The position numbers were made by a program, and so were the translations under genes. Shown in pieces: positions 1 to 12,354 of a DNA stretch of 64,000 nt (its first letter is position 1; each line of letters begins with the position of its first letter). Below the pieces are notes generated by a model. That model did not search any database, had not been told where the DNA came from, and worked only from the letters and a program-made list of their open reading frames with translations. The DNA is from an uncultured Holophaga sp. GTDB lineage: Bacteria > Acidobacteriota > Holophagae > Holophagales > Holophagaceae. The stretch lies in contig OY761614.1 of the NCBI GenBank assembly GCA_963664825.1, positions 960,001-1,024,000 of the forward strand. The letters are read 5' to 3'.

Positions 1-658
1 GGATGACCTGGGTATCCTCCACGGCATCCTCGATGAGCCGCGTGGTATTCATCCTGCCTTCGTAGTCGTCCTTGATGCTCGTGCCATTCAGGGTGTAACC
101 CGTTTCCTGGGTCTTGCCACCTCGGATGGAGACGCCGCGATCACCCATGGAAGTGACCCCGGGCGCGAGATCCATGGCGCCGATGAAAGCACGGTCGCCA
201 CCACTTGTCGGAAGGGCCAGCATTTCCTCGGAGGAAATCGAAGTCGCCGCCTTGGTATCCGATTTATCCATACTGGCACTTGTGCTGATCACATCAACCA
301 TGGCGGATGCCTGGGCGATGGGCTTCAGGGTGAAATCCTGGTGAATGCTCGCACCCACACCGATGCGGACATTGCGCGCCCCCTGTCCGGCATATCCATC
401 CTTGATGACATCCACCTGATAATCACCGGGAGGCAGGAGGGGGGCCCTGAACGTGCCCGAGGCATCCGTCACAACCTTGCGGGGGGCGATGAGCTGGGAT
501 GCACGAATAAGGACCTGGGCACCCGCCAGTTTGGCGCCCTTGGAATCCTTCACGGAGCCAGAGAGCGTACCGGTTACTTCCTGCCCCTGAAGGACGACAC
601 CGGCCGTGATGGCCATGGCCACACTACCGAGCATCAATGAGCGTTTCACGAAAGACAT
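1..658 (-). CDS. TonB-dependent receptor (Oar-like), N-terminal part; runs off the window
   Basis: Not in the ORF track. Manual translation from ATG 658 (RBS GGAGG) gives MSFVKRSLMLGSVAMAITAGVVLQGQEVTGTLSGSVKDSKGAKLAGAQV...APLLPPGDYQV...LAPGVT...SIRGG...YTLNG. This is a signal peptide, a carboxypeptidase-regulatory-like domain and the start of a plug domain. Confidence 0.85.
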   Translation of the reverse strand, partial: MSFVKRSLMLGSVAMAITAGVVLQGQEVTGTLSGSVKDSKGAKLAGAQVLIRASQLIAPRKVVTDASGTFRAPLLPPGDYQVDVIKDGYAGQGARNVRIGVGASIHQDFTLKPIAQASAMVDVISTSASMDKSDTKAATSISSEEMLALPTSGGDRAFIGAMDLAPGVTSMGDRGVSIRGGKTQETGYTLNGTSIKDDYEGRMNTTRLIEDAVEDTQVI

Positions 659-692
659 GTAACCTCCAATCATCAATGAGTTTCGATTGCAA

Positions 693-1349
693 TCAGAACT
701 TGAAGGTGTAGCCGATCTCGATCTTCGGCTTATTGACGCTCTTCTCCCCGATCTGGTAACCCGTAGTAGTTGTTCCGTACACGGGATCCACGGTCGTCAC
801 CTTGTTGCAGGCGAAGATGACGTTCAACTCCAGTGCGCCAATTTCATTCAGGTCCCACTTGACGCCTGCATAAGGAGATGCCGTCATCCAGGACTTATAC
901 GTGGCCAATTCCCAGGAGCCATACTGTCCCGTCGAACCGAAGGTTCCGATGGACTCATTGTGGTTCTTGAGCTTCGCGATGGAGACCCCAACCTGGAAGC
1001 CGAAGTCCTTGACGATTTCCTGACTCCACCCCAGCCGCAGCGCGATCCCATCTGTGGAGTTCTTGCGGGAATCCACGGCTGTAGCGTCCGTAAGTCCGAA
1101 GGGGTTGGTCCCAATGGGCTGACGGTATTGCTTGCCCGAGAAATACTGATAGCCGAGTTCAGCATTCAGGGCGCCGGGTCCAATCTTGTAGGCGTAATTC
1201 ACACCGACACCGAAGCCATTCCGCATCCCTTCCGTGGTTTCAAAACCGCCCTGGAAGCGCAGTTTAAGGGAGAGCGGCGACGCATCATCGGCGGCGCTCA
1301 AGGCTCCAGCCAACAAAAAGGCCGAAACCACCAGCAGTGTTTTCTTCAT
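693..1349 (-). CDS. Outer-membrane beta-barrel protein
   Basis: Start MKKTLLVVSAFLLAGALSA after RBS GGAGGAG. Signal peptide, amphipathic strands and a C-terminal IGYTFKF signature. Confidence 0.75.
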   Translation of the reverse strand: MKKTLLVVSAFLLAGALSAADDASPLSLKLRFQGGFETTEGMRNGFGVGVNYAYKIGPGALNAELGYQYFSGKQYRQPIGTNPFGLTDATAVDSRKNSTDGIALRLGWSQEIVKDFGFQVGVSIAKLKNHNESIGTFGSTGQYGSWELATYKSWMTASPYAGVKWDLNEIGALELNVIFACNKVTTVDPVYGTTTTGYQIGEKSVNKPKIEIGYTFKF

Positions 1350-1658
1350 TGCAACTCCTCCTAGGAATTTTGGGGAAGGGCTGGGCACATCCAATGCCCG
1401 GAACCCAGGTGATGGAGCAGGTCTTCCTGGTCCATGTGGCAGCACCAAAAATCACCGCCGTGGCTGGGAACGGTAAAGCTCAGCCAACCATTCTTCGAAC
1501 GGACATCCATGGGCCAAACAAAATGTCAAAGCGGAAACCTTTGAAAGGAAAGTAGCACTATCGGCTTCCCTTAGATGAATTTTTTTCACATCCATGACAC
1601 GCCGTGACATTCGTCACACGTTCGCCACAGCCCATATCTGACTTGGCTATTGGTTTTT

Positions 1659-2303
1659 TTACGCCCCGATGACCACTCTCATCTCGTCGCTGCCGGCGTC
1701 GGAGCTGCAACCCACCAGCAGGGCACAGTGGCCGGGCTGGCTGGGGGGGAGCTCCACCTGGCCCTGGAAGAGGCCCTCGGCGTCGGTGCGGCCGCTGAGG
1801 AGTGTCACGGCTTTCTTGAGGCTGGAGATCAGGCGAATGGTAATCTCGGCATCCGGGACGGGATTCTGGCTGATGCAGAGCCGGGCCATCACCTTGAGGG
1901 GGAAGAGGGTGCCGAAGGTGGGCTTCAGGGGTTCCTCCACCACCAATTCCAGCGTATCGACATCGCCCTCCTGCTGGAGATACTCCAGGATGGCCTGATC
2001 CAGGGGACGCTCGTTGAAGACCAGCGATTCCGCGCCCTCTCCCTCGACGGGGGTCACGTCATACTTGCCATTCTTGATATCGCGGATGACGGACTTGTGC
2101 TGCTCGTCCATGCGGATCTGGATGACGTTATCGGGGACGGCGCCCCCCAGCAGATCCTCGTAGGAGGAGCGGTAGTTATCCAGGATCTCTCCGCCCACAT
2201 AGATCAGGGTCTCGATCTTGGGGTTTGCCAAGCCCTTGTCCTCGGTCTGGACGTGGAAGGTTCGGCTTCCGTGGCGGACATCCGTGTTGTAGCCAGTGAT
2301 CAT
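1659..2303 (-). CDS. Hypothetical protein (MITGYNTDV...HVQTEDKG N-terminus), downstream of the RomR-like gene
   Basis: 214 aa ORF with normal composition, starting 25 bp after the upstream stop. Confidence 0.7.
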   Translation of the reverse strand: MITGYNTDVRHGSRTFHVQTEDKGLANPKIETLIYVGGEILDNYRSSYEDLLGGAVPDNVIQIRMDEQHKSVIRDIKNGKYDVTPVEGEGAESLVFNERPLDQAILEYLQQEGDVDTLELVVEEPLKPTFGTLFPLKVMARLCISQNPVPDAEITIRLISSLKKAVTLLSGRTDAEGLFQGQVELPPSQPGHCALLVGCSSDAGSDEMRVVIGA

Positions 2304-2328
2304 GCCGGGTTCCCGTCCTTCTTCCTGG

Positions 2329-3807
2329 TCAGTGCCGCTGGAGGCGCTCAGCCACTTCGGGCATCACCTCCCAGGCGATTTCCCGGAGCACCTGATCGCT
2401 GAGCTTGGCCACCAGGGCCTTGGCCAGCATATCCAGGAGGACCGGGTCTGAGGCGATGGCCCGTACCAGGGCCTCCCCATCGGCCGAGGCTGGAATGGGG
2501 GTCGGAGCCAGAGTCGGGGTCGGAATCGGCACCAGGGGCGTGACGGCCTGCAAGGGGTCAAGGGCTGCGGGCACCTGCGGGGGCAGCATTTCAGCGGCGG
2601 GCGGCACTTCGGCAAGGGCCGGCTCGGCCAAGGAAGAATCCGGGGCCGGAGCGGCCTCCGGTATCTCCCCCAGATCCAGTTCCTCCTCGGGCTCAAGGGG
2701 AGGCATGGGGTGGGAAGGGGTCAGGGTCCCCAGCAGTGCTTCGCTTTCCTCCGGCCAGTCCACCATCGCCACGCCCGGCGTGATGGAAGTCTCGCCCAGC
2801 CCGGCCAGGAAATCAGGATCCGGAGCCAGAGCCGCGGGGGAGAAATCCAGGGGAGACCTGGGTTCGAAGGCCTCATGGGAGAGGGCTTCGAGCCCGGCCA
2901 GGGCCTCGGCATCGAAGGTGGCTTCCCCCTCGGGGCCCAGATCCGGAAGCTCCTGGGTGGCATGCTCCTCCAGCAGGTTCTCCTCCCAGAAGGGATCCAG
3001 GACTGGCGAGGTTTCAAGCGCCGGGGCAGGAATCGAGACGGGTTCGAGGGGTGGAATGACTGGGGGAGGGACCGCTGCCGGAGCCTCCATCCCTTCAGGC
3101 TGGGGCTGGGGCTCGATGACCATCCCCTTCAGGCTATCGAGATCGAGATCCTCCAGATCCAGGGATTCCTCCGGTGGGATCTCAGCGAAGATCGAGAGAT
3201 CCTCGGTGCCTGTGCCCGGGGTCTCCACCCAGAGATCGGATTCCGTGAGGACGAGGAGATCGGCCTCAGGGCTTTCCGATAGGGGTCCTACCGGGGACAA
3301 GGGTTCTGTCGAAGGCGTGGACTCCATGGAAGGAACGGCTTCCACCGGGGCTTCCATTCCCAGGGGCTTGCGGTATTCGGGCAGAGCCGAGAGTTGCACG
3401 GCCGGGAAGGTGGCGAAGGGCGAGGGCGAAGGCTCCACCCGAGCCTCGAGGAAGGCGTGGACGCGTTCCCCCAGATCCCGCAGTTCCACGGGTTTCTTGA
3501 GGAAGCCCTGGATGGAGGCCTTCTCGATCCGCAGGGGATCCACCGTATCCAGGACTCCCGCCATCATGGCAATGGGCATCCCCGCGGTGGCGGGATGCAT
3601 GCGGAACTGGTCCAGCAGCTGCCATCCGTCCATGCCCGCCATCATGATGTCGAGCAGGGCCACGTCGAAACGTTCCCCCTGGGCCACCAGATTCAGCGCC
3701 TCCTGGGCGCTTTCAACGCATACAAGCTGGATATCGGTGGGCGCCAGTAGCGTTTCCGCAATCTTGTGGATGCTCGGGTTATCGTCCACGAGGAGGAGAC
3801 GGGGCAT
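2329..3807 (-). CDS. Response regulator, RomR-like (receiver, Pro/Glu-rich linker, C-terminal helix)
   Basis: Receiver motifs LLVDD, ALLD and FLKKP. Long acidic/Pro-rich linker. C-terminal LREIAWEVMPEVAE. Confidence 0.8.
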   Translation of the reverse strand: MPRLLLVDDNPSIHKIAETLLAPTDIQLVCVESAQEALNLVAQGERFDVALLDIMMAGMDGWQLLDQFRMHPATAGMPIAMMAGVLDTVDPLRIEKASIQGFLKKPVELRDLGERVHAFLEARVEPSPSPFATFPAVQLSALPEYRKPLGMEAPVEAVPSMESTPSTEPLSPVGPLSESPEADLLVLTESDLWVETPGTGTEDLSIFAEIPPEESLDLEDLDLDSLKGMVIEPQPQPEGMEAPAAVPPPVIPPLEPVSIPAPALETSPVLDPFWEENLLEEHATQELPDLGPEGEATFDAEALAGLEALSHEAFEPRSPLDFSPAALAPDPDFLAGLGETSITPGVAMVDWPEESEALLGTLTPSHPMPPLEPEEELDLGEIPEAAPAPDSSLAEPALAEVPPAAEMLPPQVPAALDPLQAVTPLVPIPTPTLAPTPIPASADGEALVRAIASDPVLLDMLAKALVAKLSDQVLREIAWEVMPEVAERLQRH

Positions 3808-3894
3808 AGGAACCTCGGGAGGCCGGGGGTGAGAAGGCTGCGCCTAAACTAGCAGAAAAAAGGGACTACGAGTGTGGAAATGCGGCTGAAGGCA

Positions 3895-5205
3895 TCATCG
3901 GGCCCGCAGCAGGTGGCGAATCTTGCGCGGGCGTTCACCGCCCTGGAGCCGCACCAGCAGGATGCGATCCCCCACCCAGACCCAAGCCACCTCGGAGGCC
4001 TCCCGCATGGCGATATCGGGACCATCGGGGAGCCAGCCCCGCACGGAGGCCCGCAGGCTCGAGGCCGCCCGCCAATCGGCGCGGAAGGCGTTCATGAGCC
4101 CCTCCCGCTGCCTCTCCTTGGGAATCTCCTCCAGGCCCTTGCCCCAGCGCAGATCCCAGGCCGTGAGGGCCCCATCCTCTCCCTGCCAGGCCCAGGCCGC
4201 GTCATAGACGGGCCAGGATGGGCTCCCTTCGGGCAGATCCTTCCACTCCAGGGAGTTCAGGGAAGAGATGGACCGGATCATGCGATCCTTCTTCTGCGGC
4301 CGGATCCGCCCCATGCGCAGGGGAGGCAGGGCCGCCAGTTCCCCATCCCCGGCCCCCAGGCGGCGCCAAGTGCCCCCTTCCAGGCCCCAGAGGCTCCAGG
4401 CATCCCGACTGCTCACCCAGAGGCGATCCTTCCGGGGAAACCAGATCCGGGCTTCCGGACGCAGGGAAACCAAGAGGCGCGGCCCCTTGAGATCCTGGCC
4501 ATCATCCCAGAGCTGATCGGCCTTGGTGATCCAGCCCTTGGGGGCCCTGGGCATTCCGGATTCGTCCCAGGGGGCCAGGGTCTGAGGGGGCACTTCGCCC
4601 TCCACGGGAAGCGTAGTCAAGAGCCAGGCCCCTTCGGGTGCGGGAGCCCGCAACCCGAAGAGCACGGCCTTGCCATCCCAGCTGAAACGGCTCCAGGGGC
4701 CGCTATCCGAGGCCCAGAGCACCCGCCCCTCGGGCATCTCCAGCAGCCGCGTCTCGAAACGATCCGCACCCAGCACAAGGGTCACCAGCAGGTGATTGCC
4801 CTTGTCGGGATCCAGGCGCGCCGAGCAAATGGGCGCCTCGAAGCGGAAGCGCCGCCACTCCAGGCCCCGCCAGATGAGGATCTCGCCCCGTCCCGTGGGG
4901 CCATTCATGGCGAAACCCTGGTCCCCCAGGAAGGGGGAAGCGGGTTCCCAGGGGGCCTCAAAGCCCCCCGCCGAAGGCCAGGGCTTGCCCTGATCGGGAT
5001 CCTGGGCCCCCTGAAAGCGAGGAGCCCACCCATCGGCCAGGCGGTACTCGGCCAGGGTTTCGAAACTCTCCAGACTCAATGCCGACGGGACATCCCCCTT
5101 CCCTACCCCGCCCTGATTCTTGGAGCGCGGCGCCTGCACCACCGCCAGCAACACGAGCATGGCCGCGATGAACAAGGTGGCGATGAGATAGCGTTTCGGG
5201 ATCAC
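3895..5205 (-). CDS. Hypothetical membrane-anchored or exported protein
   Basis: 436 aa with an N-terminal hydrophobic helix, Trp-rich. GTG start after AAGGAG. Confidence 0.6.
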   Translation of the reverse strand: MIPKRYLIATLFIAAMLVLLAVVQAPRSKNQGGVGKGDVPSALSLESFETLAEYRLADGWAPRFQGAQDPDQGKPWPSAGGFEAPWEPASPFLGDQGFAMNGPTGRGEILIWRGLEWRRFRFEAPICSARLDPDKGNHLLVTLVLGADRFETRLLEMPEGRVLWASDSGPWSRFSWDGKAVLFGLRAPAPEGAWLLTTLPVEGEVPPQTLAPWDESGMPRAPKGWITKADQLWDDGQDLKGPRLLVSLRPEARIWFPRKDRLWVSSRDAWSLWGLEGGTWRRLGAGDGELAALPPLRMGRIRPQKKDRMIRSISSLNSLEWKDLPEGSPSWPVYDAAWAWQGEDGALTAWDLRWGKGLEEIPKERQREGLMNAFRADWRAASSLRASVRGWLPDGPDIAMREASEVAWVWVGDRILLVRLQGGERPRKIRHLLRAR

Positions 5206-5400
5206 CGGGGTTCACCCACTCCTTCCCGCCCATGATGAAGTGAATGGGGGCATCTCCGCCATGGAACATCGCGATCGGCGGAAAACCCAAGACCCCGGCC
5301 GGACTTAGCAGCCTTGTTGCAGAAAGGTCTCCCGGAATTGACCCGGGCCCCACGGAAGCGTCACGGCGGCTATGGATCCTCAGAGCCGAGGAGGTGCCCC

Positions 5401-5943
5401 ATGGCCCCGATCCAGCTCCAGCCAACGCCCACCCCGGACCCCAGCCGCTTCCAGGTGCGGCCGCTGGTATCCACGGACTTTCCCGCGCTCCAGCGCCTCG
5501 AGCGGGCACTCTGGTCAGAGGACTCCGCGGGGCTCCTCTGCCCACACTACTTGCGCCTCTGCACAGAGATGTACGCGGACTGGTGCTTCATCGCCTGGAG
5601 GGGCGAGGAGGCCGTGGGCTACGTGCTCAATTTCCCCAAGGGCAAGGTCAATTACTGCGCCACCCTGGCCGTCCTGCCGGAATTCCAGAAGACCCGGGCC
5701 AACTACCTGCTGATCCGCGCCATGGTCAATAAGCTCCTGGAAGAAGGCATGGAGGAATGCCGCTTCCTGGTCGAACCAAACAACCGCGAGGCCCGCAGCG
5801 TCCACCAGGCCCTGGGGGCCCGGGTGGTGGCCGAAGTGGAGGACTACTACGGCAAGGGGGACACGCGGCTCTGGTCGGTGATCGGCCAGGAGGATCTGGA
5901 ACGGCTCCGGGCCAAATACACCCGGCTGCGCCTGGTCTCCTGA
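5401..5943 (+). CDS. GNAT family N-acyltransferase
   Basis: ATG 5401 after GAGGAGG. GNAT motifs LAVLPEFQ, VEPNNREARSVHQALG and EDYYG. Confidence 0.8.
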   Translation: MAPIQLQPTPTPDPSRFQVRPLVSTDFPALQRLERALWSEDSAGLLCPHYLRLCTEMYADWCFIAWRGEEAVGYVLNFPKGKVNYCATLAVLPEFQKTRANYLLIRAMVNKLLEEGMEECRFLVEPNNREARSVHQALGARVVAEVEDYYGKGDTRLWSVIGQEDLERLRAKYTRLRLVS

Positions 5944-6650
5944 TGAATATGCTCGGGACCTCCTTCCGCCTCGGGGCAGTCCTGGCCGAAACCCTCTGGG
6001 CCCTAGGCCGCATCTCCCTGTCTCGGAATCCCCACAGGCTCCTTTCCCCCTCCTGCCATCGCCTGCTGGAGAGCCTGGGGGTGGAGATCCGGGTGGAAGG
6101 GCATATCCCGCCAGGTGGCCAACTCTGGGTGGCCAATCACCTCAGCTGGCTGGACCCCCTGGTGCTGATGTCCCTTCGCCCCAGCAGCACCCTCGCCAAG
6201 CGCGAGATGGCGGACTATCCCCTGGTGGGCCGGGGAGCTCGACAGGCCGGTGTGCGCTTCGTGCGCCGGGAAGATCCCTTCAGTCGGGCCACGGCCCTCT
6301 GGGGGATGCGTCGGGAATTGGCGGCGGGCCGAAATTTTCTGATCTTCCCCGAAGGCACCACCACCCATGGCGAAAGCCTGGCCCCCCTAAGGGAAGGCGC
6401 CCTGCGCCTGGCGTTCCGCAAACAGGTGCCCCTGCTGGCCCTGAATCTATCCAGCGGACATGTCAACTATCCATGGGTGGGGGATGACGCCCTGCTCTCC
6501 CACATCCAAGGCCTGTGCCGCTCCCGGACGGTGGTGCGCGTGCGCCCTGGAACCGTGCTCCACCCCGGGGAATTTCCCTCGGAGGCAGCCTGGATCCGCC
6601 GGATCCGGGCAGACATCCACCCCAGCTCCTCCATCCAGGAATGTGCATGA
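5943..6650 (+). CDS. PlsC/OlsA-like lysophospholipid acyltransferase
   Basis: NHLSWLD (HX4D) and FPEGT motifs. Start overlaps the GNAT stop (TGATG). Confidence 0.85.
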   Translation: MNMLGTSFRLGAVLAETLWALGRISLSRNPHRLLSPSCHRLLESLGVEIRVEGHIPPGGQLWVANHLSWLDPLVLMSLRPSSTLAKREMADYPLVGRGARQAGVRFVRREDPFSRATALWGMRRELAAGRNFLIFPEGTTTHGESLAPLREGALRLAFRKQVPLLALNLSSGHVNYPWVGDDALLSHIQGLCRSRTVVRVRPGTVLHPGEFPSEAAWIRRIRADIHPSSSIQECA

Positions 6651-7588
6651 ACCCCTCGGAAGCCCTGCTTGGCCATCTCCAATCCGGATTGACGCCCTTC
6701 CTGGGCCTGCCCCACGGCAGCCAGCCCAGACCCGTTTCAGGCGTCGTGTTGGGCGCTCCCTTTGATGGCGGCGTCATCAACCGCCCCGGTGCACGAATGG
6801 GCCCCTGGGCGCTGCGCATGGCGACCCTCGGCATGGGCAGGCAGCCCATGCCTCTGCGTCTCCAGGGCCCTAGAGAGGAATACCGCCCCTTCGCCGGGCT
6901 CGATTGGGTGGATGGGGGCAATATCCCCACCCGACCCTTCGATATGATCGTGGCCCTGGACGCGGTAGAAGAGACAGTGGCCGCCTGGATCGCTCAAGGG
7001 GCCCGCACATTGATGCTGGGAGGCGATCACCTGATGACCCTGGGCGCCCTGCGGGCCCAGGCCAAGCGGAACGGCCCCTTGGGCCTCCTTCATTTGGATG
7101 CCCACCCCGACGCAGGCCACGGCGAGGCCTGGGGAACGCCCCTCCATCACGGCACCTGGGTGCGCCAAGCCATCGAGGAAGGCCTAGTGGACCCCCATCG
7201 CACGGTGCAGGTGGGCCTGAGGGCCCCCCGCTTCGAGGAAGGTGAACTCGCCTTCCTCCATGGAGCAGGCGTCCACCTCTGGACCCCCTGGGATCTGAAG
7301 GATCCGCGCCTCAGCAGCCAGCTCCAGGGTGATCTGGCCCGAGTGGGCCAGGGGCCCGCCTATGTGAGCCTGGATCTGGATGTGCTGGATCCCGCCTTCT
7401 GCCCCGCGGTGGCCGAACCCGTGCCCGGGGGCCTCACGGTGATGGAGGTGATCGGCCTCCTGCGCCCCATCCACCACTGGAGCGTCCCCTTCGTAGGCGC
7501 CGATGTGATGGAACTGGCCCCCACCCTGGCCGGCGCCGAGGAATCCGCCCGGGTGGCCGCCCATCTAGCTCTGCATCTGCTCGGGTAA
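6647..7588 (+). CDS. Ureohydrolase (agmatinase/arginase family)
   Basis: GAPFD..RPGARMGP, GGDH, DAHPD, HGT and DLDVLDP motifs. ATGA overlap with the upstream gene. Confidence 0.85.
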   Translation: MNPSEALLGHLQSGLTPFLGLPHGSQPRPVSGVVLGAPFDGGVINRPGARMGPWALRMATLGMGRQPMPLRLQGPREEYRPFAGLDWVDGGNIPTRPFDMIVALDAVEETVAAWIAQGARTLMLGGDHLMTLGALRAQAKRNGPLGLLHLDAHPDAGHGEAWGTPLHHGTWVRQAIEEGLVDPHRTVQVGLRAPRFEEGELAFLHGAGVHLWTPWDLKDPRLSSQLQGDLARVGQGPAYVSLDLDVLDPAFCPAVAEPVPGGLTVMEVIGLLRPIHHWSVPFVGADVMELAPTLAGAEESARVAAHLALHLLG

Positions 7589-7668
7589 CGCCGAGATATC
7601 ACCTCGTTGTCAGAGCAATGCCACGGCCTCTTCACAGGGCCCCCCGATACTTTCCTTGAGGTGATGCG

Positions 7669-8178
7669 ATGGTGATCGGCAACTGGTTGGGCCTTCTTTC
7701 GAGGCAGTCCCTGAAGGGCGCGGCCATCGGATGGGACGAGATCGTCGTGGGCTACGACTTCGGGTTCCTCAAGGCCGAGGAGATCCAGGCCTGGGTGCGG
7801 GATCAGGGCTTCGCAAGCGAGGCCTGCCAGCGCCTCATCCAGCTGGAGGGCCCCGGCCTGGAGGTCTTCGAGGCGGCCCTTTGGCTGGCCTCGGCCGAAC
7901 TCACCGGCAAGACGCCCCGGCCCGGGGGACGCCGCTGGGCCCGAGCCCAGGACCGATGGAGAATCGCGCTCCTGAAGGATGTCCTGGAGGCGCCCCTCAG
8001 CGCCGAGGCCCTGGGCATCGCTGTGGAGACCGTCTACGAAGCCGTGGGCTGCCCGGAGGACATGCTGGATCTGTGGAGCCGGGGAAACCGCTGGACCCAG
8101 ACTCCAGCCTCGGCCCAACGCCCCACCATCGAAGCCTTCCTGCGCCGCAGCGAAGAAGGACTCGTCCTGGCGAGTTGA
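7669..8178 (+). CDS. DUF2247-like hypothetical protein
   Basis: WDEIVVGYDFG and VETVYEAVGCPEDM resemble the DUF2247 pattern as I recall it. Confidence 0.5.
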   Translation: MVIGNWLGLLSRQSLKGAAIGWDEIVVGYDFGFLKAEEIQAWVRDQGFASEACQRLIQLEGPGLEVFEAALWLASAELTGKTPRPGGRRWARAQDRWRIALLKDVLEAPLSAEALGIAVETVYEAVGCPEDMLDLWSRGNRWTQTPASAQRPTIEAFLRRSEEGLVLAS

Positions 8179-8218
8179 GCTCTCGGATAAGCTGGCAGGG
8201 CCCCGAGGCAGATAGCCC

Positions 8219-8656
8219 ATGAACAGATACAGCCCCGCGATCCTCCTGTCCTGCCTTTTCCTGGCCTGCGCGCCCTCCAGCCCCGAGGCTCGCGTGAAGC
8301 GCGCCTTCGAGGCCTGCGTGAAGGGTGTGGAGACAGGCGACATCGACGCCGCCCTTGAGGCCCTCGATCCGAAATTCACGGGTCCCGAAGGCATGGATAA
8401 GGCCTCGGCCAAACTCTATCTCCTGGGCGTGCTGCGCCGGGAGAAGATCGGCCTGACGATCATCTCCAGCCGGATCCAGGTTCAGGGCCGGGAGGCCCTC
8501 CAGACCGTGGAGATCCTGCTCACCAGCCGCAGTGGCGGCATCCTGCCCCAGGACGCCTCCCGCCATACCTTCCTCCTGCGTTGGACAGAGACTGACGACA
8601 CCTGGCGCCTCCGGGAACTGGTGGAGGAAAGGGCCGCCCCGATTCCAGCGGGATGA
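8219..8656 (+). CDS. Putative lipoprotein, NTF2-like fold
   Basis: Lipobox FLAC. Helix-then-strands pattern ending W..TWRL. Confidence 0.6.
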   Translation: MNRYSPAILLSCLFLACAPSSPEARVKRAFEACVKGVETGDIDAALEALDPKFTGPEGMDKASAKLYLLGVLRREKIGLTIISSRIQVQGREALQTVEILLTSRSGGILPQDASRHTFLLRWTETDDTWRLRELVEERAAPIPAG

Positions 8657-8690
8657 TCCGCCAGGAACACCGATCACCCTTCGCAGTGTT

Positions 8691-12350
<3,660 letters not shown>

Positions 12351-12354
<4 letters not shown>

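Noticed and set aside
1573..1592. Rex/CRP-like operator GATGAATTTTTTTCACA
   Set aside because: The spacing is one base off and the left half-site is imperfect.
5280..5400. Guanidine riboswitch or sigma-54 promoter upstream of the GNAT-acyltransferase-ureohydrolase operon
   Set aside because: Small hairpins exist (CCCGG/CCGGG, and TCCTC/GAGGA over the RBS), but I could not match guanidine-I, -II or -III consensus. The -24 box reads AG rather than GG. An Rfam scan would settle it.
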